Positions 29,644 to 40,267 are shown, counted from the first letter of the stretch. The stretch is 64,000 nt of DNA from Planctomycetota bacterium (GCA_038231435.1 JBBRLJ010000016.1:46914-110913); one strand, 5' to 3'. Made by a program: numbers and translations. Notes: a model not told the origin generated them from the sequence alone.

Positions 29644-30227
29644 CCGATGCATCCTCTTCGTCTCCGGCTCCTGAACCTGCCGCCGGAGGAGACTCCGAAA
29701 CCGGCTCGACCGTCAGCGCGCCGGCTGCCCAACTCGGCGCGTCGCGCGAGCTGATCGCCCAGACCATCCTCTGCCTGGGCGAGGACGTGGCCAAGGCCTG
29801 TGTCGAGGAACCGCTGTGGATCAGGCGCTATCGGCTCGGCGACACCACCGCCCTATCCGGACAGATCGCCGGCGCGTGCGCGAAGCAGGGATTGCCGTAC
29901 CAGGCCTACGCCGAGGCCCTGCGCAAGGATCCGAAACTCGCGAGGCTCCAGGACAGCACCGTGGAGCGCGCGGTCGGCGAAGCCGAGCAGGCGCTGCTCG
30001 CATCGTCACGCCTGCGCCGGACCATCATCATCGGCGGCCCGGTGATCCTCGCCGCGTGCCTGGTGATGTATCTCGGCAAGTGGTACGCGAGCAGCGTGGC
30101 CGAAGAGAAGAAGGCCGAGGACGCCCGCCTGCATCCGACGCTACCCGCTCCGGCCGCCACGCCTGGCGCGCCGTCGACCGCGGAAGCGCCCGCGCCGACA
30201 CCGCCTGCCGCGCCCGCGACACCCTGA
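29640..30227 (+). CDS. Hypothetical single-pass membrane protein with Pro/Ala-rich tail
   Basis: TM helix IIIGGPVILAACLVMYLG; ATGA coupling. Confidence 0.7.
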   Translation: MTDASSSSPAPEPAAGGDSETGSTVSAPAAQLGASRELIAQTILCLGEDVAKACVEEPLWIRRYRLGDTTALSGQIAGACAKQGLPYQAYAEALRKDPKLARLQDSTVERAVGEAEQALLASSRLRRTIIIGGPVILAACLVMYLGKWYASSVAEEKKAEDARLHPTLPAPAATPGAPSTAEAPAPTPPAAPATP

Positions 30228-30278
30228 CCCCGCGGCCTCGGCGCTTGAGCCGGGCGTCCGCCGCGCAACCCTGATCGC

Positions 30279-30590
30279 ATGGCCGATATCGCCGCCTGTC
30301 CCCATTGTTCGACCCGCGTGATCCCGACGGCCACGGGGGCGTGCCCCGCCTGCGGCAAGCTCCTGTCCGCGGCTCCGGTCGCCGCCGCCGCGCCGGTCCC
30401 GGCCAAGCAGGTGAAGCCGATCAACAAATGGCTGTTCATGCTCTGCGTGATCTTCATCGCCGCCGGCTTCGGTCGCTACGTCAGCCGCGGCTCGGACCAG
30501 CAGTTCGAGAAGATCATCATCGATCTCGGACTGATCTGGATCGGCACCATCGGCATCGTGGCCGTCCACGCCGTCCGCTGGTTCAAATGA
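30279..30590 (+). CDS. Small zinc-ribbon membrane protein
   Basis: CPHC...CPACG followed by two TM helices. Confidence 0.7.
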   Translation: MADIAACPHCSTRVIPTATGACPACGKLLSAAPVAAAAPVPAKQVKPINKWLFMLCVIFIAAGFGRYVSRGSDQQFEKIIIDLGLIWIGTIGIVAVHAVRWFK

Positions 30591-30699
30591 CTGAACGTGG
30601 CATTCGGGGCCGATGCCGGCGTTGGCTCACCGCTCGCGGTAGATCCACTACCGCTTCGGGATTCGCCGCCTTGGCCTCGGCCCCGACTGCCACGTTCAG
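30591..30699. repeat. ERIC-like palindromic element, family D copy 2
   Basis: CTGAACGTGGCA/TGCCACGTTCAG outer stem plus the core shared with 1024-1119. Confidence 0.75.
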
Positions 30700-30780
30700 C
30701 CGTTTATACTGAAGAGTCTCGAACGGCGGGGGGCCCCCGGCCGACGAGTCCTTTGGGCGAACGCAAAACGCACAGCTGAT

Positions 30781-30932
30781 CCGGAGGGGGCGAATCCCCC
30801 CGGACGCCGTGGCCTGGTTTGCGTGAACCATGGCGAAGCCATCGCGCAAACGTTCTGGCCGGCGGCCAGAACGAAGGCCGACAAAGCCCGTGGGGGCCCG
30901 GGGGCGAAGCCCCGAAACAAGAAGCCCCGAAA
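30781..30932 (-). repeat. Family B copy 3
   Basis: Reverse complement reads TTTCGGGGCTTCGCCCCCGGGCCCCCACGGGCTTTGTCGGCCTTCG...; directly after the GH38 stop. Confidence 0.88.
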
Positions 30933-33872
30933 CTAAGAAAACCGAGCCTTCACGGTGGCGATACCGAAGGCGGGGACGGTGACTTCGACCGCTCCGGACT
31001 TGGTCTTGGCGGAAGACTTGGGCAGCTCGCGTTCGAGCACGTCGGTCTCGCTCGCGCCGGCCAGGGTGCCGAAGATCGCGGAGGCGAAGGTGAGGGTGGC
31101 CTTGGTGGTCTTGCCGGTGGTCTCGTGCAGGCGCACGATCAGCGCGTCGTCGTCCTCGGCGCGCTTGATTTGGGTGACCAGGACGCCGTCCTGCGCGCAC
31201 GCCACGCCCTCGGCGAGGGTGTGCGGCAGGTCGCCCTGGTGGATGTCGCTCGACACGCCCTGCAGCGGGTGGTTGAACGCCGCGCCGAGACGCACCAGGT
31301 CCGCGACGGTGGCGGCGCCGACGCGTGGCACGATCGCCATGCGCATCTGGTGGGCGCCGATCTCGGGAATCGGGTCCGGATCGTAGCTCGAACGGATCAG
31401 GGTCAGGCGCAGGGTCGAGCCGTCGAGCGAGTGGCCGTATTTGCAGTCGTTGAGCAGCGTGCAGCCGGCGGCCTTGCCTGGCTTGGCGTCCTTTCCCTCC
31501 TTGGCTGCGGACGTCAGCCTGCCGGTGACGTCGGCCCAGCGCAGCGAGGGCACCTCGCGCCCCGCCGGCTCGTCGCGCTCGATCGATCCGAAGGGGATCT
31601 CGTAGCGCGCCTTCGCGCCAGCGAGCGCCAGCGGGAAGCGCATCGACAGGCGGGGGATGCCGAGATCCGCGCGTCCGCGTTCGAGCCAGGTGCCCTCGAC
31701 CTTGATCTCGACCACCGGCGACCCAGCGCGGATGGTGTAGGCGACGGTGAAGCGCGTGTCGTTGAGCTTGGCCTTGGCCTGGATGGTCGCGACGTGCGGC
31801 CCCCAGGCGGTGACGTCGAGCGCCTCGAGCTGCAGCGCGGTGCGCTCCTGCACGTCGCCGAGCACCCACGCGGACATGCCGGTGGGGCGTTCGAGTACGT
31901 ACTCGAGCACGCCGAGCGGCTGCGCGCGATCGGCGAGATCCTCGCCGGTGGCCTTGATCACCAGGCTGGCGATGCCGCCGGTGCGGCGGTCGAAGGCCAC
32001 GCGCACCAGTTCGTTCTCCATCTCCATCGCTCCCGCGGGCTGGTTCATCCAGCCTTCGTGGTCGCGCTTGATGGTGCATCCCGGCTTGACGCCTTCGGGA
32101 TGCGCGCCCTCGACGATCGCGCAGGTCGACCAGCCGAACGCGCCGACCGAGGCGGGGAAGGCCAGGTCGACGAAGTTGTGGCCCCAGTAATTGCCGTCGC
32201 CCACGCGCTGGGCCGCGACGGTCGCGCCGTCTGCGGTCTTGACCACGTAGCCGCGATCCTTCATCGGCTTGGCGTTGGGACCCGCGTCGAGATCCCACAC
32301 CGTGGCGGTCACCACCTCGTCGCGCTGCCAGGCGGTGGGATTGAACGAGACGAACGCGCGTCCGCCGTCGCCGACGAAGCCGGCGTTGGAGATGTCGTTC
32401 GTGGCGCGGCCCGCGCCGCCGCCAAGGGCCGTGCTCTCGTGCTCGGGCAGCTGGGCCGGAGCGAGCGCGTCGAAGCGGCCGCCGGCGCTGGTGTCGATCG
32501 CCTTCGCGAGCGCGCGCAGGGATTGCGTGCGGATCTGGCCGGCGGCGGCCTGGATGCGCTGGAACATGCCGGAGTTGTACTCGCGGGTCTGACGCACGCC
32601 GGAACCGGGAAGGATGTCGTGGAAGTGGCTGAACAGCACGTCGCGCCACGATTTCCCGAGCTGCGCGACGGGATAGGCGCGGCCGACGGCGGCGTGCGCG
32701 ATCGCCGCGGCGGCGTCGGCCTCGGACATCAGGTTCTCGCCGAAGCGGTTGTTGCGCTTGATGGAGGCCTGCGAGGTATAGCAGCCAGCGAACTCGTAGT
32801 TGAGCTCCTGATCCAGGGTCGGCAGGTTCGGCGCCTTCTCGAGGAGCTGGAAGAAGCTCTTGGTGGTGGCGAAGCGCCAGTTCGGGAAGATCGGCCAGGT
32901 GTCCATGTCCTGCAGACAGCGCAGGTCGCGGCGCGTGGGCCCGCCGCCGTGATCGCCGATACCGTAGACCTGCATCCAGTCGCGCAGCCCGGTCTTGGCA
33001 TGGAACTCCAGGATCTTCGCCGAGACGTGCGGGCGCACCTCGCTGTTGTACCACTGGATCTCGCGGTTCACGAGCACCTTCGAGCCATCGGGGCCCTTCC
33101 ACCAGAAGACCGGCGGGCGCTCGGTGTTGCCGCTGCGGCACATGTAATAGTGCTTCACGCCGCCGCGCGCATCGATCGTCGGCAGGGTGTGGGCGTGGCC
33201 GAAGGTGTCGGGCGACCAGTCGACGGTGACGTCCTCGGGCTCGAGGTCGAAATGCTCCTTCATGAAGCGGCGCGTGTACAGCAGGTGCCGGCACAGGCTC
33301 TCGCCCGAGGCCAGGTTCTTGTCGCCCTCGACCCAATGCGACGCGACCACCTCCCAGCGCCCTTCCTTGATCTTCGCCTTGATGCGCGCGAAGAGCTCCG
33401 GGTTGTACTCCTTGGCGATCTCGTACACGGACGCCTGGCTCTGGGTGAAGGTGAAGTCGGGGAACTCGTCCATCAGCTTGAGCACGGTCTCGAAGGTGTC
33501 GTTGGTGACCGCGACGGTCTCTTGCCAACCCCACATCCAGTTCATGTCGATGTGCGCGTGGCCGGCGCAGTGGATGGTGAAGGTCTTGGCGACCACGCCG
33601 ATCGGCGCGAGCTGGGCCTCGGCCTTCTCGACCGACGACGCGATGCGCGCGGTCTCGCCCGAGGCGATGCCCTCGGCGACCAGCTGCTCGGCGCGTTCGA
33701 TCAGCGCCGGCCAGCCGGCGGCCTCCTTCGGCAGCGCCTTGGCGAGCCCGCGCGCGAACTCCACCTCGGCGGTGAAGCGCATCACGTGATGGTTCGCCGC
33801 GGCGTTCGCCGTGGCGATCGCGGCATGGAGATCGCGGGTGGCGGGACGGGGGGCGGGCTTGGCTTTGCTCAT
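30933..33872 (-). CDS. Glycoside hydrolase family 38 alpha-mannosidase
   Basis: GHAHIDMNWMW, GESLCRHL, WSPDTFGH, YGIGDHGGGP, GCYTSQ, HFHDILPGS, YEIPFG and RLTLIRS motifs; no signal peptide. Confidence 0.93.
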   Translation of the reverse strand: MSKAKPAPRPATRDLHAAIATANAAANHHVMRFTAEVEFARGLAKALPKEAAGWPALIERAEQLVAEGIASGETARIASSVEKAEAQLAPIGVVAKTFTIHCAGHAHIDMNWMWGWQETVAVTNDTFETVLKLMDEFPDFTFTQSQASVYEIAKEYNPELFARIKAKIKEGRWEVVASHWVEGDKNLASGESLCRHLLYTRRFMKEHFDLEPEDVTVDWSPDTFGHAHTLPTIDARGGVKHYYMCRSGNTERPPVFWWKGPDGSKVLVNREIQWYNSEVRPHVSAKILEFHAKTGLRDWMQVYGIGDHGGGPTRRDLRCLQDMDTWPIFPNWRFATTKSFFQLLEKAPNLPTLDQELNYEFAGCYTSQASIKRNNRFGENLMSEADAAAAIAHAAVGRAYPVAQLGKSWRDVLFSHFHDILPGSGVRQTREYNSGMFQRIQAAAGQIRTQSLRALAKAIDTSAGGRFDALAPAQLPEHESTALGGGAGRATNDISNAGFVGDGGRAFVSFNPTAWQRDEVVTATVWDLDAGPNAKPMKDRGYVVKTADGATVAAQRVGDGNYWGHNFVDLAFPASVGAFGWSTCAIVEGAHPEGVKPGCTIKRDHEGWMNQPAGAMEMENELVRVAFDRRTGGIASLVIKATGEDLADRAQPLGVLEYVLERPTGMSAWVLGDVQERTALQLEALDVTAWGPHVATIQAKAKLNDTRFTVAYTIRAGSPVVEIKVEGTWLERGRADLGIPRLSMRFPLALAGAKARYEIPFGSIERDEPAGREVPSLRWADVTGRLTSAAKEGKDAKPGKAAGCTLLNDCKYGHSLDGSTLRLTLIRSSYDPDPIPEIGAHQMRMAIVPRVGAATVADLVRLGAAFNHPLQGVSSDIHQGDLPHTLAEGVACAQDGVLVTQIKRAEDDDALIVRLHETTGKTTKATLTFASAIFGTLAGASETDVLERELPKSSAKTKSGAVEVTVPAFGIATVKARFS

Positions 33873-33935
33873 GGCGACATTCTAGCGGTGGAAATGACGT
33901 GATAATGCCCCTCAGCCCAATAATCTTACGTTTAA

Positions 33936-34919
33936 ATGACGTCGACCAAGACTCCCCGGACATCCCACGCCGCCCGGACGCCCGCGTCCCAGGCATCCGG
34001 AGGGGCGACCGCCGGCCGCCCGATGCCGCGCTTCTCGAAAGCCGAACCCCGGATCGTGCCAGCGCTCGCCTCGCTCGCCGGGCGCATGAGCTGGCGCGAC
34101 GAGACCGCCGACGGCTCGACGCACCTGCGCGTGGTGCGCCATGCGCTGCGCGCTGGCCAGGGCTTCAGCAACCACACCCACGAGTTCGCCGAGGTCTTCT
34201 GGTGCGAGACCGGCACCGGCATGCACGTGGTCAACGGCCAGCAGGTGCCGATCCAGGCCGGCGACGTGGTGTTCATCCGCCCGGACGATGTGCACAGCGG
34301 GCACGCCGTCTCGCGCTCGGGGCTGACCTTCGTGAACGTCTCGTTCCCCGCCGAGCCGATGCGCGCCTTCGCCGCCCGCTACCCCGACGTCGAATGGCCG
34401 TGGCGCAACGGTCCGCTGCCGCTGCAGGTGCGCCTGTCACCACGGCGCATGGAGCGTCTGCACACCTGGACGTCGGAGCTGTCCGCCCCCGGTCAGCGGC
34501 GGCTGGATCTCGAATGCTTCCTGCTCGACATCGCGCGGTTGGTCACGCAGCCGGCCGAGAACGACGTCTCGGCGGGATTGCCGGTGTGGCTGCGCGAAGC
34601 GGTGGAAGTGTTCGCCGATCCCCGCCACCTGTCGGGCGGAACCGCGCGTCTCGCGCATCTCGCCGGTCGCAGCCAGGCACACCTCAATCGCCTGGTGCGC
34701 GCGAGCCAGGGCCGTACCGCGACCGATCTCGTCAACGTCGTACGCATGAAGTGGGCGGCTACCGCGCTGCGCATGAGCGACCGCCCGATCGCCGACATCG
34801 CCACCACCTGCGGCCTCGCCCATCTCGGCCATTTCTACGCGCTGTTCAAGGCGCACTTCCGCGTCACCCCGCGCCGCTATCGCCTGGATGCCTGGCAATC
34901 GACCGGGGCGCGGGATTGA
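33936..34919 (+). CDS. AraC family regulator (cupin and double HTH)
   Basis: HTHEFAEVFW cupin; IADIATTCGL..LGHFY.LFK.HF.VTPRRYR; start may be 34023. Confidence 0.9.
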   Translation: MTSTKTPRTSHAARTPASQASGGATAGRPMPRFSKAEPRIVPALASLAGRMSWRDETADGSTHLRVVRHALRAGQGFSNHTHEFAEVFWCETGTGMHVVNGQQVPIQAGDVVFIRPDDVHSGHAVSRSGLTFVNVSFPAEPMRAFAARYPDVEWPWRNGPLPLQVRLSPRRMERLHTWTSELSAPGQRRLDLECFLLDIARLVTQPAENDVSAGLPVWLREAVEVFADPRHLSGGTARLAHLAGRSQAHLNRLVRASQGRTATDLVNVVRMKWAATALRMSDRPIADIATTCGLAHLGHFYALFKAHFRVTPRRYRLDAWQSTGARD

Positions 34920-35765
34920 TCAGCCGTACGCCCCGCAGGGCAGGAATCCCAACAAGCGCTTGAGGCGTGGATTGGCGTCCTTGTGGACGTGTTCGGGCAT
35001 CTGGTAGTTCATGAATGGCGCGTATTTGTGGCCGATGAACTTGCGCGCGTAGCTGACTTGGGTGACGTAACGCATGCGCTCGCTCTGGTTCGGCGCGCCG
35101 CGGTGCCAGAGCTGGTTGTTGAAGATCATCACGCCGCCGGCCTTGCCGGTCACCGAGACCAGATGCTTCTCCCAGCGCGTGCCAGTCCAATCCTTGGCGT
35201 CCTGCGGAGGGGACATGCCCCATTTGTGCGAGCCGCGCACGGCCTGGCCGGGTCCGTTCTCGACGCTGGTCTGGTCGGTGAGGTAGTAGTTCGCGGTGAG
35301 CAGCAGGCAGGGGAGATGGATGTTCTCTGGCGGCTCGCCGTGCGTGACCTTGAAATGCGAGGCGTCGTCCTGGTGCCAGTGGCTCCACCCGCCGCCCTGC
35401 TGGGTGCGGAAGGAATTGTTGTGCACCACGTGCACGGTCTCCTTGCCGAGGAAGTCGCCATCGCCGATCACGGCCTCGGCGAAGGACACCACCGGGTCGA
35501 GGTCGAACAGCTCGAGGTTGGCGCGGCTGTGCTCGAACATGCGCACGTGCATGTCGATGGGATTGGCGCTCGCCGGCACCAGGCGGTCGAGGTCCTCGCG
35601 TAGCTGGCGGCAGCGCTCGGGCGGCAGCACGTTCTCGATGAAGATGTAGCCGTCGCGGTGGAAGGCCTCGACCCACGCGGCGAGCTGCTCGGCGCTGGGC
35701 GCGGTGCCGGCGCGGTAGGCCGAGGTGTCCGGGATGCTGGGGCGGAAGGCGGTCGCAGTGGTCAT
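34920..35765 (-). CDS. Phytanoyl-CoA dioxygenase (PhyH) family Fe/2OG enzyme
   Basis: FHRDGY, WHQD (HxD), ENGP..VRGSH, GKAGGV.IF...LWHRG.PN and distal R motifs. Confidence 0.9.
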   Translation of the reverse strand: MTTATAFRPSIPDTSAYRAGTAPSAEQLAAWVEAFHRDGYIFIENVLPPERCRQLREDLDRLVPASANPIDMHVRMFEHSRANLELFDLDPVVSFAEAVIGDGDFLGKETVHVVHNNSFRTQQGGGWSHWHQDDASHFKVTHGEPPENIHLPCLLLTANYYLTDQTSVENGPGQAVRGSHKWGMSPPQDAKDWTGTRWEKHLVSVTGKAGGVMIFNNQLWHRGAPNQSERMRYVTQVSYARKFIGHKYAPFMNYQMPEHVHKDANPRLKRLLGFLPCGAYG

Positions 35766-35873
35766 GGCAGGGCTCCGGCGGCGCGTGGTTGAATGCCTGT
35801 GGGGTGCACATGTAATGAAGCGGACGGGCCAGGCGCATCCAGCGTCAACGCCGTGCTCCAATCGGGCTGGGAC

Positions 35874-36890
35874 ATGCCAAAATCGACTTCGCGAACGATC
35901 CCTGCGCGCCCGGCGCGCGCCGTGCCAGCGAAGACAGGGAGTGCTCAGGCTGAGGGTGATGCGAACGATGCTTCGCGGTCGCACCAGCCCCGCCACCTGA
36001 CGCTCGACGAGATCCGCCCGCGCATCGATTTCGTCGCCTACTGGCGTCTCGAGCAGCCGGTCTGGTACCGCTACCGCGTGCCCTCGCACCAGTTCCTGCT
36101 CATCGAGTCGGGGACGATCCGTGCGCGCACCGCCGCTGGCCTGGTCGAGCTGCATCCCGGCGACTTGCTCTGTCAGCCGTCCGGACCCGCGGAGTACGGC
36201 TTCGACGAACCGGTGAGCTATTTCGAGGCGCACATGTCGTTCGCGCCGCCACCGCTGCAGGGGCTCACGGTGTGGCTCGACGAGGCCGGCCCGCTGCCCG
36301 GCGTGATGCGTCTTGGCGACGCTCGCGCCCAGGTGCAGCGCTGCTTCGAGGCGATGTGCCTGGAGCTCGATCAGCCCGGCGCGGGTCATCGCCTGCGCGC
36401 GCTCGGAGCGGCGCACCAGCTGATGGCGCTCGCGGCCGATCATCATGCGCGCGCGCCGACGCGGCCCGAGCGCCTCGATGTCTGGCAGCGCGCGCGCTTG
36501 CGCCTCGAGAATCATTTGTCGCGGCCGCTCACCGTCGAGGAGGTGGCGCGCGAGGCAGGCTTCGGTGTCGATCATTTCATCCGCCAATTCAAGCGCCGCT
36601 TCGGCGTGAGCCCGGGTGTCGCGCGTGCCAACGCCAAACTGCGCTTCGCCGCGCGCGCGCTGTCGACGGGCGGCACCACCATCAAGGCCCTGGCGCACGA
36701 GCTCGGCTTCGCCGACGCCAGCACCTTCGCGCGCGCCTTCCGCCGCCACATCGGCGTCTCGCCCACCGAGCTGCGGGTGTCCGGAGAGGCACCCGCTGGG
36801 CAGGTGCAGGGGCTGGGGACGTCGCTGTTCCCGATCAACCGCCACATCCGCCCGCCCGAGGCTGGCCCGGGCAATTTCGAGTGGGGCTGA
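35874..36890 (+). CDS. AraC family regulator
   Basis: LTVEEVAREAGF...FIRQFKRRFGVSP...IKALAHELGFADASTFARAFRRHIGVSP. Confidence 0.9.
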   Translation: MPKSTSRTIPARPARAVPAKTGSAQAEGDANDASRSHQPRHLTLDEIRPRIDFVAYWRLEQPVWYRYRVPSHQFLLIESGTIRARTAAGLVELHPGDLLCQPSGPAEYGFDEPVSYFEAHMSFAPPPLQGLTVWLDEAGPLPGVMRLGDARAQVQRCFEAMCLELDQPGAGHRLRALGAAHQLMALAADHHARAPTRPERLDVWQRARLRLENHLSRPLTVEEVAREAGFGVDHFIRQFKRRFGVSPGVARANAKLRFAARALSTGGTTIKALAHELGFADASTFARAFRRHIGVSPTELRVSGEAPAGQVQGLGTSLFPINRHIRPPEAGPGNFEWG

Positions 36891-37020
36891 CCCGCCTGAT
36901 GAGTCGATCGGCGTGGTTCCGGGTCGATCGCAGCTCATAATGGCAATTCCATCCTAGTCGCCTCCGTTCCGTGCGATTGTCGCGCGGGCGGTGCGGGTAG
37001 CGTCGTCCTCCGGAGTCCAC

Positions 37021-40000
37021 ATGCCCAGCACCCTGACCGCCTCCGATCTGCGCTGCGATTACCGCCGTGACCCGCTGGGTATCGGCATCGCCGATCCGCG
37101 CCTGGGCTGGATCGTCGAGTCGCCGGAACGATCACAGCGGCAGAGCGCCTTCCAGGTGCTGGTCGCCAGTTCGGCCGAGGCGTTGGCGCGCGACGTGGGC
37201 GACCTGTGGGACAGCGGACGGGTGGAGTCGGACGATACCGCGCACGTGCCGTACGCCGGCAAAACACTGGAGTCCCGCCAGCGCTGCCACTGGAAGGTGC
37301 GGGTGTGGGATGCGTCCGGGCAGCCGTCCCCATGGAGCCAGCCCGCCTGGTTGGAGACGGCGCTGTTGAAACCGGAGGACTGGCGCGCGCAATGGATCGG
37401 CATCCGTCCGCGCGGCGACGACGAGCGTCTGTCATTGGCGCGCTCGCGCTGGATCGCGCCGGCCGGTGAGCCAGCCCCGGCTCCGAGCCGCGTGCAATTC
37501 TCGCATCGCTTCGAGATTCCCGCCGGCGCGATCGCGACCGCGACCCTGACCTTCGTGTGCGAGGGGAAGAAGGACCCCTGGAACTTCCAGATCCCGTACC
37601 TGTACGTGAACGGCCAGACCATCGACGCCTGGAAGTGGCTGTGGACGATGCGCGCGCCCGCGCGCTGGGATATCGCCAAGCAGCTGGTCGCAGGCCAGAA
37701 CACGCTCGCGATGCAGTGCTGGTTCACGCCCGGAGCGGCGCTGATCGCGCTGATCGAGATCGAGATGGCCGATGGCCGCATCATCGAGATCGCGACTTCG
37801 CCGGAGTGGAGGACGCGCCTCGAGCCGAGCGAGAAGGACGCGCCCGGCTGGCACGAGACGAAGGACGGTTGGGCGCCGGCGCGCGACGTCGGCGCGTTCG
37901 GCTCCGGCCCGTGGCCAGAGGACCACATCTGGAACCGCATGGACAAGCTGGTGCCAGCGGCGTACCTGCGCACGGCCTTCACGGCGCGCGCGCGCCTGGC
38001 GCGCGCGCGCATCTACGCGACCGCGGCCGGCATCTACCTGCTGCGCCTCAACGGCCAGCGCGTGGGCGACCAGGAGCTCGCCCCCGGCATCACCGACTAC
38101 CGCAAGCGCATCCAGTACCAGGCTTACGACGCCACCGATCTGGTGCGCGAGGGGGGCAATGTGCTCGCGGCGGTGGTGGGCGACGGTTGGTACTCCGGCT
38201 ATCAGTTCTTTGGCGCGAACGTCTTCGGCACCGAGAAGGGCCTGCTGTGCCAGCTGCATCTCGACTACGAGGACGGCTCGTCGGAGATCGTGATTTCAGA
38301 CACCTCCTGGCGCGGCGCGACCGGGGCGCTGTGCGCGGCCGATCTGTTCATGGGCGAGACGCGTGACGCGACTCGTGAGCTGGCGGGCTGGGAAGATGGC
38401 GAGACGGTGGCCGCGCAGTGGCGTGAGACGATGCGGATCCAGGCTCCGGTCGGAGCTCTCGTGGCCCAGGCCGATGAACCAGTGCGCGCCACCGCCCTGA
38501 TCGCCGCGCGCACGCTCATCGAGCACCGCCCGGGTGTGCTGATCTTCGATCTCGGGCAGAACCTGGCCGGCCGCGCGCGCGTACGCCTGCGCGCTCCTGC
38601 TGGCACACGCGTCGTCATCCGCCATGGCGAGATGCTGGCCAAGGATGGCAGCCTCTACACCGAGAACCTGCGCTCGGCCCGCGCCACCGACACCTACATC
38701 TGCCGCGGCGGCGGCGAAGAGGTGTACGAGCCGTCGCTCACCTTCCACGGCTTCCGCTACGTCGAGATCACCGGCCTGCCCGGCGCGATCGCCGCCGAGG
38801 ACGTGGTGGGCGTGGTGCTGAATTCTGACTGCCCGTGGTCGGGCTCGTTCACCTGCTCGCATCCGCAGCTGATGCAGCTGCAGAGCAACATCCGCTGGGG
38901 CCAGCGCGGCAACTTCATCAGCGTGCCCACCGACTGCCCGCAGCGCGACGAGCGCGCGGGCTGGACCGGCGACGCGCAGATCTTCGTGCGCACCGCCACC
39001 TTCAACATGGACTGCGCTGCGTTCTTCCACAAATACCAGCAGGACATGGTCGACGCCCAGCACGCCAACGGCGCGTTTCCGGACTTCGCTCCCACCAACG
39101 AGTGCACTGACACCGGCCACTACGGCTGGGGCGATGCCGGAGTGATCGTGCCGTGGACGATCTGGCGGGTGTACGGCGACACGCGCATCATCGAGCGCCA
39201 TTTCGCGGCGATGCTCAAGTGGGTCGACCACCTGACCGCCAAGGCCGCCGAGAACCACTACGGCAACTGGAATTTCGGCGATTGGGTGTCGCCCGCGCCG
39301 CAGACGCCGAACGAGGTGCTCGCGCCCATCCACCACGCCTTCGCCGCGCGCATCGTCGCCGACATGGGCGAGGCGATCGGCCGGCGCCAGGACGCCGCGC
39401 GCATGCGTGCGGTCTTCGATGGCATCAAGAGCGCCTTCGCCGCCAAGCACGTGGCCGCCGATGGCCGCGTCACCAGCGACACCCAGAGCGCCTACATCCT
39501 GGCGTTGCGCTACGGCATGCTGCCGGAAGCCCAGCGCCCGGCAGCCGCGAACCACCTGGTCGAGGCCATCGAGCGCGCCGGCTGGCACCTGCACACCGGC
39601 TTCCTCGGCACCGGCCATCTGCTGCCCGCGTTGTCCGAGGCCGGGCGCGACGATGTCGCCTTCCGGCTGCTGCTGACCGACACCTTCCCGTCGTGGCTGT
39701 ACACGGTGAAGAATGGCGCCACCACCATGTGGGAGCGCTGGGACAGCTACACCCCCGAGTCGGGTCCGGTGAACATCGGCAACATGAATTCCTACAACCA
39801 CTACGCCTTCGGCGCCGTGGGCGAGTGGATGTACGCCAACATCGCTGGTATCGATCTCGCCGGTCCGGGCTTCCGCGAGATCGTCATCCGCCCGCGCTCG
39901 GGTGGAGTGCTCACGCACGCGCGCGGCGAGTTCCGTTCGGTGCGCGGCACCATCGTCAGCGCCTGGCGCATCGTCGATGGCCGCTTCCGGCTCGACGTCA

Positions 40001-40179
40001 CCATCCCCGCGAACGCCACCGCCGAGGTGCACGTCCCCGCGCGTGGTGACGCCAAGGACATCCTTGAGGATACGAAGCCCGCGTCGGGAGCTGAAGGCGT
40101 GCGCTTCCTGCGCCACGAGCCCGGTGCCGCGGTCTTCGCCGTCGGCTCAGGCACCTACCGCTTCAGCGCCCCCGCCTGA
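37021..40179 (+). CDS. Glycoside hydrolase family 78 alpha-L-rhamnosidase
   Basis: N-terminal Ig-like domain (LWDSGRV), FDLGQN, FHGFRYVE, PTDCPQRDERAGWTGD, GATTMWERW and SYNHYAFGAV motifs. Confidence 0.93.
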   Translation: MPSTLTASDLRCDYRRDPLGIGIADPRLGWIVESPERSQRQSAFQVLVASSAEALARDVGDLWDSGRVESDDTAHVPYAGKTLESRQRCHWKVRVWDASGQPSPWSQPAWLETALLKPEDWRAQWIGIRPRGDDERLSLARSRWIAPAGEPAPAPSRVQFSHRFEIPAGAIATATLTFVCEGKKDPWNFQIPYLYVNGQTIDAWKWLWTMRAPARWDIAKQLVAGQNTLAMQCWFTPGAALIALIEIEMADGRIIEIATSPEWRTRLEPSEKDAPGWHETKDGWAPARDVGAFGSGPWPEDHIWNRMDKLVPAAYLRTAFTARARLARARIYATAAGIYLLRLNGQRVGDQELAPGITDYRKRIQYQAYDATDLVREGGNVLAAVVGDGWYSGYQFFGANVFGTEKGLLCQLHLDYEDGSSEIVISDTSWRGATGALCAADLFMGETRDATRELAGWEDGETVAAQWRETMRIQAPVGALVAQADEPVRATALIAARTLIEHRPGVLIFDLGQNLAGRARVRLRAPAGTRVVIRHGEMLAKDGSLYTENLRSARATDTYICRGGGEEVYEPSLTFHGFRYVEITGLPGAIAAEDVVGVVLNSDCPWSGSFTCSHPQLMQLQSNIRWGQRGNFISVPTDCPQRDERAGWTGDAQIFVRTATFNMDCAAFFHKYQQDMVDAQHANGAFPDFAPTNECTDTGHYGWGDAGVIVPWTIWRVYGDTRIIERHFAAMLKWVDHLTAKAAENHYGNWNFGDWVSPAPQTPNEVLAPIHHAFAARIVADMGEAIGRRQDAARMRAVFDGIKSAFAAKHVAADGRVTSDTQSAYILALRYGMLPEAQRPAAANHLVEAIERAGWHLHTGFLGTGHLLPALSEAGRDDVAFRLLLTDTFPSWLYTVKNGATTMWERWDSYTPESGPVNIGNMNSYNHYAFGAVGEWMYANIAGIDLAGPGFREIVIRPRSGGVLTHARGEFRSVRGTIVSAWRIVDGRFRLDVTIPANATAEVHVPARGDAKDILEDTKPASGAEGVRFLRHEPGAAVFAVGSGTYRFSAPA

Positions 40180-40232
40180 CGTCACCCTTCGGCGCGCCCT
40201 TGCGCCCTTCCCGCCGCTCCCTCAGCTCCGTC

Positions 40233-40267
40233 TTCTAGCTTCTAGCTTCTAGCTTCTAGCTTCTAGC
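40233..40267. repeat. (TTCTAGC)5 heptamer microsatellite, followed by (GCCCCC)4 at 40295-40318
   Basis: Read directly from the sequence. Confidence 0.95.

Noticed and set aside
26900..30700. Integron cassette array (small ORFs, GTCTAAC at 28888, CTGAAC...GTTCAG at 30591)
   Set aside because: ORFs are in mixed orientation, there are no matching R''/R' pairs with an unpaired central spacer, and there is no integrase.
30698..30770. Hammerhead-like words CTGAAGAG...CGAAC and CCGACGAGTCC-TTT-GGGCGAAC
   Set aside because: Both have GAAC rather than GAAA, and I could not build helices I and III around a UH cleavage site; an Infernal search against hammerhead models would settle it.
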